A DNA stretch of 61,954 bases, counting the filler, from Choristocarpus tenellus KU-1152 (lineage: Eukaryota; Protista; Phaeophyceae): assembly GCA_964200185.2 (NCBI GenBank). It is 12 parts of 12 records of this genome, joined end to end, with 100 filler letters (N's around TTAATTAATTAA, not from the genome) between each part and the next. Parts side by side here need not be neighbours in the genome. Positions count along the whole stretch, not along the records: positions 22,154 to 28,066 come from CAXNAD020009433.1; positions 28,167 to 30,836 come from CAXNAD020025783.1; positions 30,937 to 35,995 come from CAXNAD020012006.1; positions 36,096 to 48,998 come from CAXNAD020001668.1; 8 more parts are not named here. One strand, 5' to 3'. Shown here one piece after another: positions 26,246-39,300 of the stretch. A model generated the notes under the pieces. It searched no databases. It saw only the letters and a list, made by a program, of their open reading frames with translations, and was not told the origin of the DNA. A program made the translations under genes and the position numbers. The first letter of the stretch is position 1; each line of letters opens with the position of its first letter.

Positions 26246-26782
26246 GAGCTATCCTACCGTTGAGGGGGAGTGTTGATGAATCTTCAGGGCCCCTGTGTCT
26301 GATTTCTAGTACATGTGCTTCTAGCACACTGAAGGGTGATTTCACAATCATGTTGACAAACATTTGCTTGTCTGCCCTTCTTCAGCCACAGGCTCCAAGA
26401 CCCATAGGATCTTAAGAGGGGGGGGATGTTTAGGGTAGGTTGTCTATTCGGGGCTTGATAAGCCGTTGTAAGATACTCTAGATTGCTGCCCGATTTTCGA
26501 GTGATTTTCATTTGGATTTGGTTCAGGGAGGGGGATGGAAATGGAGGGTGCGTTTAGATAAAGGAAAGGACAGTTACATCTGACACGTTCACTCAGATGA
26601 CATGAAAATCACTACAGGTTCGTGCAGGCCCCGAACGGACACACCTGAACCCCCCTCTAGGATACAATGGGTCTCTGAGACCAAGGCGGGTGGGTCGGCA
26701 ACATTTCAGTCATGGGAATGAAGTGTTAGGCAGAAGGATTCTACAGGGTCTATATATACTCCCCTCTAAGATAGGATGGCCC
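26246..26782. mobile_element. MITE family E, interrupted by a family D copy
   Basis: Left GAGCTATCCTACCGTTGAGGGGGAGT vs right end reverse-complemented GGGCCATCCTATCTTAGAGGGGAGT. Confidence 0.55.
26399..26673 (-). mobile_element. MITE family D
   Basis: GACCCATAGGATCTTAAGAGG...CTCTAGGATACAATGGGTC; reverse-complement homologue of 57936-58217. Confidence 0.85.
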
Positions 26783-28066
26783 AGAGTGCAGACATTGTGC
26801 CAAGTGCTTTACAAATGATGTTTTGACATGAGCTCACAAATTGGTTACACCATGATTGTAGACGTAAAAAACGTTATGAGAGACCAATCAGCGTGAGATG
26901 TGACGGAATAATAAAAACCTGGGCACGCCAACAACCTATTGAGAGTACAAAATGCAAGGGAAGACAGGGATGGACATGTTGCCCAAGAATGAACCCCCGA
27001 CAAATACAAAGCACTCCTGGGGTGTTTACTTGTATTGATTCATTCATCTTTAAGGAGCTGCTGCGGCATGTTCTCAGTCCCAAGCTTTAGATGGCGACAT
27101 AAGAGTGGAGACCCAGTAGGCGAAGTTCTTCAAATCGGAACGAATCAGGATACCAAAAAAGTATGATTCGCTGATGAGGAAAGACACAGCAGACCAGGCA
27201 GTCCGCACCCTTGAGGACAGTAACACAAGAGGGGAAACCCTTCTTATTGTGTGTAGAGCTCTTCCAGTGCCTCCTTTGCTCCAGATATCATTTTTTGCCA
27301 TAATAGTCCACATACAGAGAGATGCGAATAACACCTGACTCTTGGTATTCAGAAGCACTTTCACACGTCCCATTGAGCAAAATCACTCCCAGCCTGTCTG
27401 TGACCACGTAACTCCTCTTGACGTTTATTGGATGTTCATCCACTATTGACAGCATACTAGGAAGTGCACCTACCTACTTATATCTGCATATCAGTCAACG
27501 ACTCAAACTGCTGTTACATACCGCCTCACTGTTTTAAATCACGCTCGGGTTCAGTTAGCAATGAAGTATGACTAGGAAAGAAACTGCCGACGGCATTTGA
27601 GGAATCGATCACACGCCATCAGCAGCAGATGCATAACAACACACCACTCCACTGAGTGCTGATTTGAGGCCGACAGAAGGAGCAAAAACTCTGTACTACT
27701 AGTAGGTAGCCCGTCTCTGAAAATGCTTCAATTTAGACTACTACTGTTGCGTATTGTACTCAGTATGTACAGAATTCCCTGGCTATACACCTGTTGACGG
27801 GCACATACTCCTTAAGTAACGGTGTTTCAGGGGAGAGGCGCCAATTAGTTGTCAATCATAAGTTGTCGATTTCCTGGAAGTTGAAGGCCGTTCCCGACTT
27901 GCGTGAGTGTACCACTGCTGCTGGAGTACACACAAAAAAACCCCACAAAACGCAAACCTTGTACCTTGAAAAAAAAAAAGAAAGAGAGAGAGAGAGAGCA
28001 AAAGGGGTCATGTTTCCACTTCTTTTTTTTTTTTTTTTTTTTTTTGATTAAAGTTTTCTTCTTGTC

Positions 28067-28166
28067 NNNNNNNNNNNNNNNNNNNNNNNNNNNNNNNNNN
28101 NNNNNNNNNNTTAATTAATTAANNNNNNNNNNNNNNNNNNNNNNNNNNNNNNNNNNNNNNNNNNNN
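28067..28166. other. artificial contig spacer
   Basis: N44-TTAATTAATTAA-N44. Confidence 0.98.
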
Positions 28167-28527
28167 CCCCCCCGCCCACAAGCTGGGTATCTCAGGTAAG
28201 GAATACACAGTTTGTGCTTCCAATAGAAGGGGATTTTAGGAATTCATAGCAAAGCTCAGGGGGGGATGAGACATGCAAGAGTAGCCAGAATCGGCCCACA
28301 CAACTGCAATAGATACAGCTATTCGTTCTTGAAAACATCTACCCTCCGTCAACAGTATCAAATCCTCACTTCGAAAAAGGAGACCAGGAGGAAAAAATGT
28401 TCCATGCGCCAGCATCTGCACCAACCTCAACGACTGATGGAAGTTCCTTGTTCCACAGGAAAAAATTGCCACAAACGATAAACAGGCCAGGGAGAAATTG
28501 GTTCTACTCCGATACGAAGGGACGCAC

Positions 28528-28686
28528 CTTGATGCCCAGGCATTCCTTGGGATCCAACCCAGACACGTCGTCTGATAAACCTTCCTGAAAAGGTGTTGAG
28601 GTCAGTCAATGAGGGTGAGTCTGGTGAGGGAAGTGAAGGTTGAAGATGTGGGATGAGGGTCAGTATGAGATTAGAGAAGCACGCAT

Positions 28687-28729
<43 letters not shown>

Positions 28730-30603
28730 TGCACACCATTCTTGGCTTTCTCTTGAGCCTTACAATGGGAATCTACTGAGGTGGAAAAGTGAAACCAGAA
28801 CTTATCCAGCCCTACACGGATATCTGGACTCTGAGATGAAGCCGACCACTGAACCTTGCCAGGTGCGGGGAGAGTGAGAAAAAGCCAAAAGTAGTAAAAG
28901 ACGGTACTAATAGTGATAATAATAATAAGGTGCTGGACCAGGAGCCGGGTGTGGCGCATAGGCGGATCTTGCCTTGAAAACTAACACAGGACCAACCACA
29001 CCAAAGGTACCACACACCCCCACCATCCCAGGAGTTCGATCAGCTGCGCGCCCTTTAGTGTGTTTAACTATGTAGGCCCCCTTGGGTGTGATGAGAAATA
29101 GAGGAGATAAAGGTGTAGATGGAAAATGTCGGTGGTGAAGAGTGATAGCATTGAAAAGAACCAAATAAGAGGAGCAATCACTACACACCACTCTCTTTAT
29201 GAGGACGCAGGTGCAGTGGGGCCGGGGGAGAAGAAGATACGGAACCGAATGAGCAGTAAAATGGACATAAACGAAAATGCACTTGCCCTCCTGGTACATG
29301 GATCCACCAATAAAATGCAAGTAACTTCCAGTGAAACTCACAAAAACCAAACCAGACTAAAAGAAACGTTTCTTGATAGAGGTGATGATTGTATGAAACG
29401 GTACGACTCTAGGAAATTAAATGTTAACATTATGCGAGGCAAGCACCTGAGTGAAATCTCCAGTAATGAAAGCACGTGTGCCGTCCTTGCCCGTGAAGCC
29501 ATGATACGCCCCTCCAACACCGTAGTGCTTGACACCTTTCGAAACATCATACACCTGTCCAAGAATACTAGCAGTGGTGGAAAGGCAAGGGTGTATGGAG
29601 TACGAAGAGATAGATTTATTGCTCATGGTGGCTGTTAGTACCTCCATACGACCACACCACAGAAAGCTGCGAGTATAACGCACAAGCACAGCCTCAACCC
29701 ACATCAAAGGAATAGGGGGGATATGTATGATTGAGAGCACACAAAGACAACAAGGCAGAAGAGACAGCATGCTGGGAGGAACGATGTTTCCAGATAGACT
29801 TTGCATCCTAACCCTAATCCTAATAACCAGCTTATCACGTTCAAACCTTAACAATGGCCGGGTGGGAGTGCTGGCTCTCTTCAGCTCCTCCACAGTATAA
29901 ACCTTTGGGCCGAGACCGAAAACACCTCGAGCCAGGTCCCATCCCTTCGACGCCAGTTCCCGGGGCTGGAAGATCCCATGCATAGCGGATATTGCTAGGG
30001 CCGGTATGACTATTATGGTAAACTTGCGCAATAGTGATGCATCTGCAATTACAATCGCGGCAAGCAAGGGTATCCCAGGAGATTTTCACAAGATAGTCAG
30101 ATTTCAAAGGCAAAGAGAGGGCGACAACGTAAGCTGGTTGGGAAGCAGAATGGACGGAAACGTTGTCAGTGAAAAATATGGAGGAAATGAAGCATAATGC
30201 CCCGAGACTTAAGGTCAAAAATCTCTTGCAAGAGTCATAATGGTGGGACCCTAACACAAATTAATTCTAGGGTCACTAATATAAGCACAATGTAGTACTA
30301 AAACCCAATTCCTTACACATCCGCTGGACCCATAAAAGTTGGTGGAAGTACACTTCAATTCGAAAATTTGGCCAAACACAGTCGCTCAATCGATGTAATG
30401 CCACCAGACCCTATCGCTATGGTCCACCACGCTCAGGTATCACCAGCAGACAGGCTTCACGGACCTGATCTAAAGGGCAGTGAGAAAGGACAGCTGCCTC
30501 CGGTGCCCATGCCCACGGGGGGCGGATTAGGTACCTCATTAGAATGTTTGGGATCAGTTGCTGCGACTGATCCCTTCTTCTCTATCCGGTTTGGGGTTCC
30601 CAT
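28528..30603 (-). CDS. cytochrome b5-like heme/steroid-binding protein (MAPR/neuferricin-like), 3'-incomplete
   Basis: Phase-consistent GT-AG exons 30603-30465, 30042-29847, 29567-29447 and 28584-28528 give ..VYTVEEL..LLSILGQVYDVSKG.KHYG.GGAYHGFTGKDGTRAFITGDFTQEGLSDDVSGL; a TM segment precedes the domain. Confidence 0.9.
28688..28727. repeat. (CA)n microsatellite (intronic)
   Basis: Direct reading. Confidence 0.95.
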
Positions 30604-30836
30604 TGGTCTAAGAAGTAGGTGTTTTGTTGTTTCTTGTTGTGTTGTGATGGGTATATATCATTGTTGGTCCAGTCCCAGGTCCAGTGTGAGACAAAATCTT
30701 AACAGTTTCGGTCCGACCCTCAAATAAAATAATAGTGGTAAATAAATACTAAACGCCCATCTGGTATCCAGTCTGGGTATACGCCTTTATGGTCCTCTAC
30801 TGGTCCCAGTTGAAATCTACCCAGGCCAACCCCAAG

Positions 30837-30936
30837 NNNNNNNNNNNNNNNNNNNNNNNNNNNNNNNNNNNNNNNNNNNNTTAATTAATTAANNNNNNNN
30901 NNNNNNNNNNNNNNNNNNNNNNNNNNNNNNNNNNNN
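30837..30936. other. artificial contig spacer
   Basis: N44-TTAATTAATTAA-N44. Confidence 0.98.
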
Positions 30937-30988
30937 CCCCAAATGGACAAACAGGGCAAAACTCGTACCCTCTAAGATACTTCCACTC
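30937..30988 (-). mobile_element. MITE family B terminus
   Basis: CCAAATGGACAAACAGGGCAAAACTCGTACCCTCTAAGATACTTCCACTC. Confidence 0.85.
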
Positions 30989-30989
30989 A

Positions 30990-32113
30990 AAAGTGAGGCG
31001 AAGGAAGGGAGTGTGAGTGGTCAGTCGTTCATGTCCAATCCATATAGAGCTGTGCAACGAAAAGAATGCAACGTTTTGTAAAGGATGGTTTTGAACAATT
31101 CTTGGAAAAGAGTGATGTAGAGTTAAAGAAGACACCGCCACGCAGTTCTGCAACTCCGTCGCCACACTTGTGCAGATATCCGCGGACGAAGGTGTGCTCG
31201 AGCATGTAGAACTGCGTGGCGGTGTCTTCTTTCACTTTCATTATCACTCTTTCCATGTTTGTATCCTCCCAGGCTTCCTTGAGGAATGCCTTTATCTTTG
31301 CTTTGATCCTCCTTCTTACTGCCATTTGGAATGCGGCCTGGTCATGCCTGAAGTCTATGTCCTTCAGGTAGTATTGGTTGCACTGACTGACCAATGCCCT
31401 CCTGTGTGTATGCCGTTCGCTGTCGTCGCTGGTTTCTGGTATGTAGGGGTGGGACTTGTTGCAAATGTATTCCTGCCTTACACTCCATCATTGCTCTAAT
31501 CCAGGATATCACCCTCTTGAAAATGTCCAAGACGTTTGGAACATGGGATCTACTCACCACAACACCCTCCCCGACCGATATAGATTCGGCCTTCTCACCA
31601 CTGCATTGCGGAAAATTCTTCCACACAAACCTCCTCTTGTCGAATTCTTCTGCAGGGTCGCTCTGACTTCTGATGCCCAACGTGTTGTTGCATGAGCGGG
31701 GACATGTATGCTGCAAGGAAGATTACTCCCCTGGGCAATGTACGCCACGGTCCTCAACAGCATAATCCTATGCTGCCTGTTCAGACAAAATAAAGTGTTC
31801 AGGTGTCAGTGGGATTCCTCTCCTTGCCGTGCTCGTCTACTCCTATGCAGCTCTGTCCAATGTATTGCGAGAATATTTTGCCCTCGGGTACATCAAGGGG
31901 AACCAGTGATCCATGCACTGAGGCCTTGAAGTCCTTGAGAGTCCTCCAACGTGAGCACAAAGAGAAGGGCTGTCCACTCAAGATGGCGGCGAGCTTCTCA
32001 GCCGCATCTTCTGTATCGGTGCCTAATTTACTCAACATACTCTCGACCCTCCCCTTGTTGAGGAGGTTCGCATTGAACTCTTGGGACACGAACGTCGATG
32101 TGGCAAGGTCCAC
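30990..32113 (-). pseudogene. frameshifted gene remnant, possibly containing an Ulp1/C48-like peptidase
   Basis: Consecutive coding-like ORFs in shifting frames; LATSTF, LVPLDV and AQGSNLPCSIHV loosely match C48 motif order. Confidence 0.35.
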
Positions 32114-34105
32114 GGTGGTATGTCGCGTTGAGGCTTGTTGCTATCACCTCTGTGGTTCTGTTTCGGTTGGAGTTCTTGGTGCTCCCGGTCGTTGCTCTGT
32201 GGTATGATAGGGGGGTGGGGTGCGAGCAGCGGTAGCGACCAACACGAACAAGATGCATGCAGAGGCGGATACATGTGATTAGTGGTGGAGGCAAGGGTAT
32301 TTATTGTCAGTGGGGACAAGGCGGGAAGTGTCGCAACAATAGTAGGGACAAGTATATATGTCATTTGTGGTTTCAAGGTCGATAGCATTTGCGATGTCTG
32401 TTTACACAGTGAATATTGTCCAACCGATTTCATTCAAATGAGGCCTTAATTTTTAATGGAGAGGGTACAATTTTCACTGTCGATACCGCGAGTTGCCAAC
32501 ATTTGTGGAGCCGCAAAAGGTAGCAATTTTAAAAGCATGGACAAAACATGAATAAACCATCTTGACATATTTTCATGGCATGTGGAAAACATTCAATACC
32601 AAATTTGATATCTTCTGTCAGGTGGCAGAAGATAGACATTGGAAAAGAATGCCGACCGCGAACTTAACAGTGGATGCGCGCACTTCGTACTCACAACTTA
32701 AAGGGTTGTGAGGGTTAGGGTATGGTGCGTCACTAACGCTATCGGCTTCGCCTTGATAATATCAGTAGCTCCCGATACTATCATTGGAAGAGACAATTCT
32801 TATGTGCATACGTGCATGGGGGGTTCTCAATCATTCTTCGATTTACGATCATAATTCTTGTAATGTCGACATAGTCGGATGTTATCGCATGTTTGGTTCT
32901 ATATTCTGTTTGTCGTGTATAATCGCGTAGACAGTGGCGACAGCTATTACATTATGATACTGACTTGCATGTCGTTACTACGGTCAAATTACTGTTTTTA
33001 CGTAATTTGGTTGTCTATTTGTGTAAGGTGTGTATTTCGTACTGTGGGGTGGTTGATTACCAAACGCGAACACGGACAGATGAAGTTACATTAGTGGCCG
33101 TTATAGGAGGTTAAGGGTCGGATGAACCCTTTGCATGGTGTATCACATATGGTTAGGGTTGGTAATGTGGTCTGATAAAGAGGAGGCAAAGGGATGAGAA
33201 GGTGTGAACCACCTCAATTGCTTTTGGGAGTTCGATGCTTGACTACTTTTAGGATTCGCGTTGGGTTTGGGGTTGTAAGGGAGATTGCAGTGAGAGTACT
33301 GTCGACGGATGGTCTTGAAACAGTTCCAATGCCGGAAAAATAGAGGGTAGGGTTGTGATGATGGTGTAACCGCTATTGACTCGTTCTCTTGAAGCAGTTT
33401 GAATAGAGTACTAAATACAGGGAATTGTATGCTGTGATGTAATTATGTTCACAACTGAGGTGTGTGCAAGGAAGGGGGGATGTGCAACCGTAGTGTTCAA
33501 TACTGCTTAAGGTTTGCTTCAGGTAATTAATTGCCCTGTTTATGTAAAGCCACCGTCACATGTTGGGCCTCTTCAATTGTATGACCAATATGGTTGCCAG
33601 GGGTGAAACATCCGTGTCGACAGTAGTAATACTACTCGACAAAAATTAAGGTTAATTGAAAAATATCAGTTTGTATGCAGAGTTTGTCAAAGATGTTGAC
33701 GCAGGTTTTGACGGTATGGTCCTCAAAAAAATTATGACAACAAGCCTGAAATAGTTCATACAGCGTAATACAATGTATCAGCCTGCTTGGTTTGTACGGT
33801 ATCGTGCGGGGTCACATGTACTTGGGAACGTGTTGAATCGGTGTTTATTTGTGGGGGGTGGTCAAATAAATCGATTTAGGTTGTGTGGGGGACAGTAGAG
33901 CGACACATGCCCAACACGGATTACAGAAGTACATAAACAAGGGGACTACAAAAGAATATCAAAGTCGAGGTGCATTATGTTGCCCTCGAGATCCGTGCCC
34001 ATGCGTGAGTTCAGGGCGTCTGGATGTTGGTGGTGAAGCGCTTGACAAATTACCACATGTAGGTCGATCCCGTGGAATGAAAGCATGCCGTTGGTAATCA
34101 CAATT

Positions 34106-34204
34106 GAGTCAAAGTATCTTAGAGGGTAGAGCCACGTCCAATTGGGGTTCGAAATCCAATGTTGCGATTTTGATGTAATTTTGGGCATTGCGTTTGTTTG
34201 AGTC
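34106..34204 (-). mobile_element. MITE family B right arm, interrupted by copia LTR
   Basis: GAGTCAAAGTATCTTAGAGGGTAG..; homology to family B stops at the LTR end 34205. Confidence 0.85.
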
Positions 34205-34533
34205 TGTGCAAATTTACCTTTGAAGGTAATGCTATTTATCAGTAGTGAAGACAAGAAGGTGTGAAGCCTCACACGACACCCTTTGCTGAACGTGAAACGA
34301 ATGTTTGAAATTAAAAGAGTGACCTTTGTGGGTTGTCTTCTCATTGCTTGTTTTTTTAAATTTGTGCTTTCTACCTAAGTCAACGGTTATATCAAAGCAG
34401 ATGAATGCGAAGTAAATACCCATACATAAACCCATACATAATCCGGATGTAGTATCTCATTAGTACTCAATTCAACACAATAATCTCATATATACAAAAT
34501 AAGGTACACCTCACTATTGTCCTATTTTGTACA
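34205..34533 (-). mobile_element. copia 3' LTR (copy 2)
   Basis: TGTACAAAAT...ATTTGCACA; preceded on minus strand by purine tract GGGGAG (34534-34539). Confidence 0.88.
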
Positions 34534-35140
34534 CTCCCCAATGAGAGTGCAGGCAATGAAAGAGTTGCTGGAACTCTCAAACCTAAAACATTATTGTGCA
34601 CACTCCCTATTCTGCACACTCCCTCATGAGAATGGAAGGGAAGTAAAAAACGTCAGATTGGTTCAATTCTCACACACACCACATTTATCTTGTCAACGCA
34701 GTAAAAGAACACTGATTGCTTGAACTCGAACATACGTCATTCATTTAGTCAACACATTGTCGATGAAATCTTGTACCTGCTTCTTTAGATGCACCAACAC
34801 AGTGATGTACAATCGTGTTCCATGATGATCCCTCACTCTTAGAGTATGAGTAAAAATTTGAACCAGCCCCCTTTTGCTGTTTCTCTTGTGTAGCACTCAC
34901 TCCCCCAGGCTTGAAGCCTATGTCTTGTACATCCTCTCGTTGAGTGAAGTCCTGTGCCACCAACCTGGCCTTGAACTGTTCAATGGTCCTTCTACTGTTG
35001 GCTTTGTCTTAAATTCAGAATTAGTCTGTCTTGACAGGATTTCTTTCCCAGGTCAAAACCTCTCCGTCTATGAATGTTCCTTTCATCGATTGTTGCTCCA
35101 TCTCCTCCATTGCCGCGTGTCAGGCCCCGTGAGTGCCTAT

Positions 35141-35350
35141 GATATAGAAGACGGTTCTTGATAGTCTGGAGTAGATATTATTTACTTCCCAGACTCACAA
35201 GTCTTGTGTTGGCAGCCCTTTGCTGACAACCTTCCTCGCCAGGGTGCCTCTGATATGGAAGATGGTTCTTGATGGTCTGGTGTAGATATTATTTACTCCC
35301 CAGACTTACACGTCTTGTGCAGGCAACCCTTTGCTGACATACTCCCTGGT
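35141..35350. repeat. ~111-bp tandem duplication inside the copia remnant
   Basis: GATAT(A/G)GAAGA(C/T)GGTTCTTGAT...CCCTTTGCTGACA occurs twice. Confidence 0.9.
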
Positions 35351-35964
35351 GCATTCTAGTTTGATGTGACATGCCTTGTCTGTCCATTGAAATTATCCGA
35401 TGGTTATCGCTGCTAGATTTGCACCTCGATTGTCTCCATACCAAGTCGTGACTTCTTTGAAGTGTGTCCAGCAAATTCCTTCGCCTCTTTTAGACGGTGT
35501 CGCTCTCCCTCTGGCGACAAACGATCTCAACGTTTCCTTTACCTCCACAGTTGTAGCATATTCCTTCGAAAGAAAAAGGACCGATATGCTTGATCAGTCC
35601 ACAGTTTAAACATCTTCTGTTGGTACTGATCTCATCTCTGGTAGGGGATCCTGTCGTGATATGGTCCGTACGTTGACCAGTTGTACCTTGGCCGCCTCCT
35701 CCGCTGACTTTCTTTGTTCTCTTCCATGAGTTTATGGTCCCAGCGACTAGAGTGCTCCCAGGCTCCCTGCGGTTAGCTCCTCCTTTCCTTCCTGGTGGAG
35801 GCTTAATTACTGCTCCTGCTAATGTCCTGCTCCCCTAGTGGCAGGTACAGCAATTGCTTTTCTCATTCCGTAAGCAAGAATCTTGGGGTCTCCAATCGAT
35901 GGGCATGCCCCCTTCAGGGACAATTGTTGTGACGACTGCTCCAGGTCGATAGGCAGATTCTTGT

Positions 35965-35995
<31 letters not shown>
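35965..35995. repeat. (GGCTCA)n
   Basis: Direct reading. Confidence 0.9.
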
Positions 35996-36095
35996 NNNNN
36001 NNNNNNNNNNNNNNNNNNNNNNNNNNNNNNNNNNNNNNNTTAATTAATTAANNNNNNNNNNNNNNNNNNNNNNNNNNNNNNNNNNNNNNNNNNNN
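35996..36095. other. artificial contig spacer
   Basis: N44-TTAATTAATTAA-N44. Confidence 0.98.
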
Positions 36096-36255
36096 TGTAT
36101 TTTGACCCCCAAATGGACGCGGATCTACCCTCTAAGATACTTTGACTCGATATGGACACTTCCTAACAAACACGATAGCAAAAATTACACAAATCGAAAC
36201 ATTGGATTTTGGCCCCCAAATGGACGCGGTCCTACCCTCTACGATACTTTGGCTC
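36096..36255 (+). mobile_element. two nested MITE family B right ends
   Basis: TIR ends at 36148 (..TACTTTGACTC) and again at 36255 (..TACTTTGGCTC). Confidence 0.85.
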
Positions 36256-36364
36256 ATCAAATATTATTAAATCCCTACCATCCTCCTTTTCTCCATTGAA
36301 TACTATTTGTTCCATGTACCTCAATGCTGCTCCATGTCCCTCTCTGGGCATTCAAAAACAAAAG

Positions 36365-39300
36365 GTGTCAAGTATGGTGCGCAACAGTACCGAGCGCTCC
36401 TTGCTCCTCATCGACGAGTTCGGCAAGGGGACCGCTCCAACAGATGGTGTGTCACTCATGGCTGCCACAATTCGACACCTGGCCCAGAGAAGGAGCTGCA
36501 AGGCCCTCCTTACACTCCATTTTCACGAGATTTTCAGGTTTCGGCTGTTGCGGCATTGTATTGAATTGATGGCGAAGTGATCGTGAGTCAAAGTGTATGA
36601 GAGATACCCATGGTTGCTGGACTTTAAGGATACTGACAAGTATGCAGAATTCGCTTTTGTACAAGTGGGTAGTGGGACGTTTCTGAAACCTTACCTCAAT
36701 TTTCATACAATAGAGAAATTAACATTCTCAACTCAATCCTACCAATTTATCCATAAACAAAAAGGTGAATTAAAATACCATATGGTCAAAACCTGGGTAC
36801 CTCTGATTTACGTTACCTCTGTGTGGAGGGGTGTGTGGAAATAGTTAAAGGCTGAGAAAGGTCTCCAGCCCGGAAGGAATTGCTGGCGGTATCATATACG
36901 TCCATATATAATACTATGTGTATACTACATGCTTCGTACATTATTGTGTACTTCAAAAAACATTATAGGAATAAGTCTGGTGTTGTGCACAATACCACCG
37001 AATAATATACTATATATATATACTGCTGGTTTCATAGTATTTTGTTAACATATATATGAATCGGGATTACAAATAAACACGGAGACTTCTGTATGTGGAG
37101 GTATATGTATCCTTGTTGGACTCGAGTGATCATTTTTCCTGTCTCAAAGTATCTGGGGGGGGGGGTCTACACCAGGGTGTCCATTCGGACCCTGACCAGG
37201 AAAAGTGCACATACATTGTTCATCCGATGCATGCAACCCCAAAATGGTGGCATCTTAAATTGGGGCCAGAATGGACAGCCGTCACCCCCCCAAGATACTT
37301 TGAGCCTCCTCTGACGAGAGAGTGATGATATTGATATATTAGTAGTAGCCCCTATGTTGCAGTTTGAGTATTTATTTAACGAAGAGTAAGCATTCTAAAC
37401 TACAACCTTTATTCTCCCCTACGTTGCTATATAATCCTGTCTAAATGTGTGTGGAAATTGATTTTTTGCCCTCAAGGCTCGCAATTTGACTCTCTCCTTT
37501 AGTCTGGCAATACCCAGCTCCTGTTGTATCGACATACACGTTTTGGAATGTTTTGGGCGATAATGCTTCATTGTCGTAAAATATTATCCGAGCCTATCAT
37601 ATATTAAGTACAGATCTCTATGACATACGCACTGGCTAAATTGTGTGTGATCATGTAGTTATATGATACTTAGGTAGAATATTTAGCAGAGTCTTTGGGA
37701 ATACCGTTGAGAGTGACACCTTGGGGTCCAGGGTTAAGACTTAGCCAGAGGACGGGTGGCCAGTGAAAGATTAGTTCAACATCCATGAGGCGGAAGGGGT
37801 CAGTTAAAATAGGGGGCAGGGCCGATTATGACCCTATTATCTATTTAGAAATCACTCGGGATATTCCCAAGGCATAGATAGATATAGCACTATGTACAGG
37901 AATAATGTTAAGCAAAGGTGTAGTGGTAGTGTCGGAGCATACTCCAAAATATCACAATAGACATTATCTATCCACCTTGCCATGATATCTTGGGCTGAAT
38001 GACAAAAAAATCCGAATAGTGCGCAGGTAGAAACCAGACCAGAATATATTTGTTTTATTTGGCCACTGCGTGTGTCACAAGGATTTCGATAGTGCAGTGA
38101 CAACCCAAGAATAGAAGAACTAGTACAATTGCTGACATCTAATTGAGAATATATATATATATATATTCAAAGGAGTGTTGAAAACATAACGCTTCCCCAA
38201 AATTAGTAATTTCTCTACATTCGATTTATCACGTCACCTTGGATTTTCTTTCGTCCACCCTCCTACCAACCCTGAATCGCAGTCTAGGACTAGTTAGGAT
38301 CATTGGACCAGATAACCCACGCACGGAACTGGAGGGGGTGAGCGTTTTTCGCATGGACGTTCACTTACAGTCACAAGTAAGCAAGAACATTACTGGGATA
38401 CAGAGTACTTCAGTCTATATTTGTGTGTGTGAGTATTCAATTGCCTGTGCTGCAGAAGCTCCTCAGAGTGACTTGCAACAACAAGACACCACATATATAC
38501 TCAATTCGCTGCGCAGAGCTTGATCTAAGAACCTGCCACAGAAATGACTATGCCACAACAAAGTATGCCAGAGACTGCATTTCAACTTGATGAGTGAATC
38601 ATGACCCCATGGTGCACATGGAGGACTCTCATAGGATTGAGGTATGCTGATGATCGTAGCAACAAGGTATACCTCACGCTGATGAAGTATCTTGGCTCAC
38701 CCCCTTGTTTTATCCCAATCTTGTTGAGAATGACAAAAAATCTATTGGCGAGCATGACATCCAGACAGCAGGATCGCCCATTGTTGGTTCACCAACTCCC
38801 CTGTTCAAGCTTGTCCCAGGAGTCTCGGCTTCCTCATACGGAATCGCATGTGCAAGGGTGGGAGGTACACTGTCGTTATTGGCGTATGGGCTGATAAATT
38901 ACAAAAATATCTGTGTCTAAGTGGAGAGTAAATATCATCGATTATTTGCTTGTCTTCACCCCTGTTATACCCTCTTCAAGCTTGAGTCGTGTGTTTTTTA
39001 CATGCTCTTATGCACTCACAAGAAAGTTAGCAGAGCACATATGGGTAGCTTTATCGTCCTGCAAACCCTGGCCTTGGTGAGGCCTGCTTGCTAGTGGATT
39101 AGTTTGAACCATTCTGCGTGATTTAGGGCTCTTTGTGTCAATAGGTTGCTTGAGTTTATAGGGAAAGAGTTATAATTCTCTTTCAGCGGACTACTTCAAA
39201 GAGGCGTAGCCTAAGTCTATATATACCTGGTAATAGTAATTAGTGCACTAGGTCCCTCAAATTTGTAGACCCTGGTGTAGCAAATGCTCGAACTGTTGTA

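Larger units (their letters stand above)
34534..35995 (-). pseudogene. heavily deleted copia internal region
   Basis: In order: gag knuckle CYNCGGKGN..C, protease-like and integrase-like scraps, QEPSSIS*ALTGPD, AMEE, IEQFKARLVAQ.FTQRE. Confidence 0.8.

Noticed and set aside
29280-29295. 4-nt micro-exon with GC donor in the MAPR gene
   Set aside because: Exon 28584-28528 already supplies EG in the correct phase.
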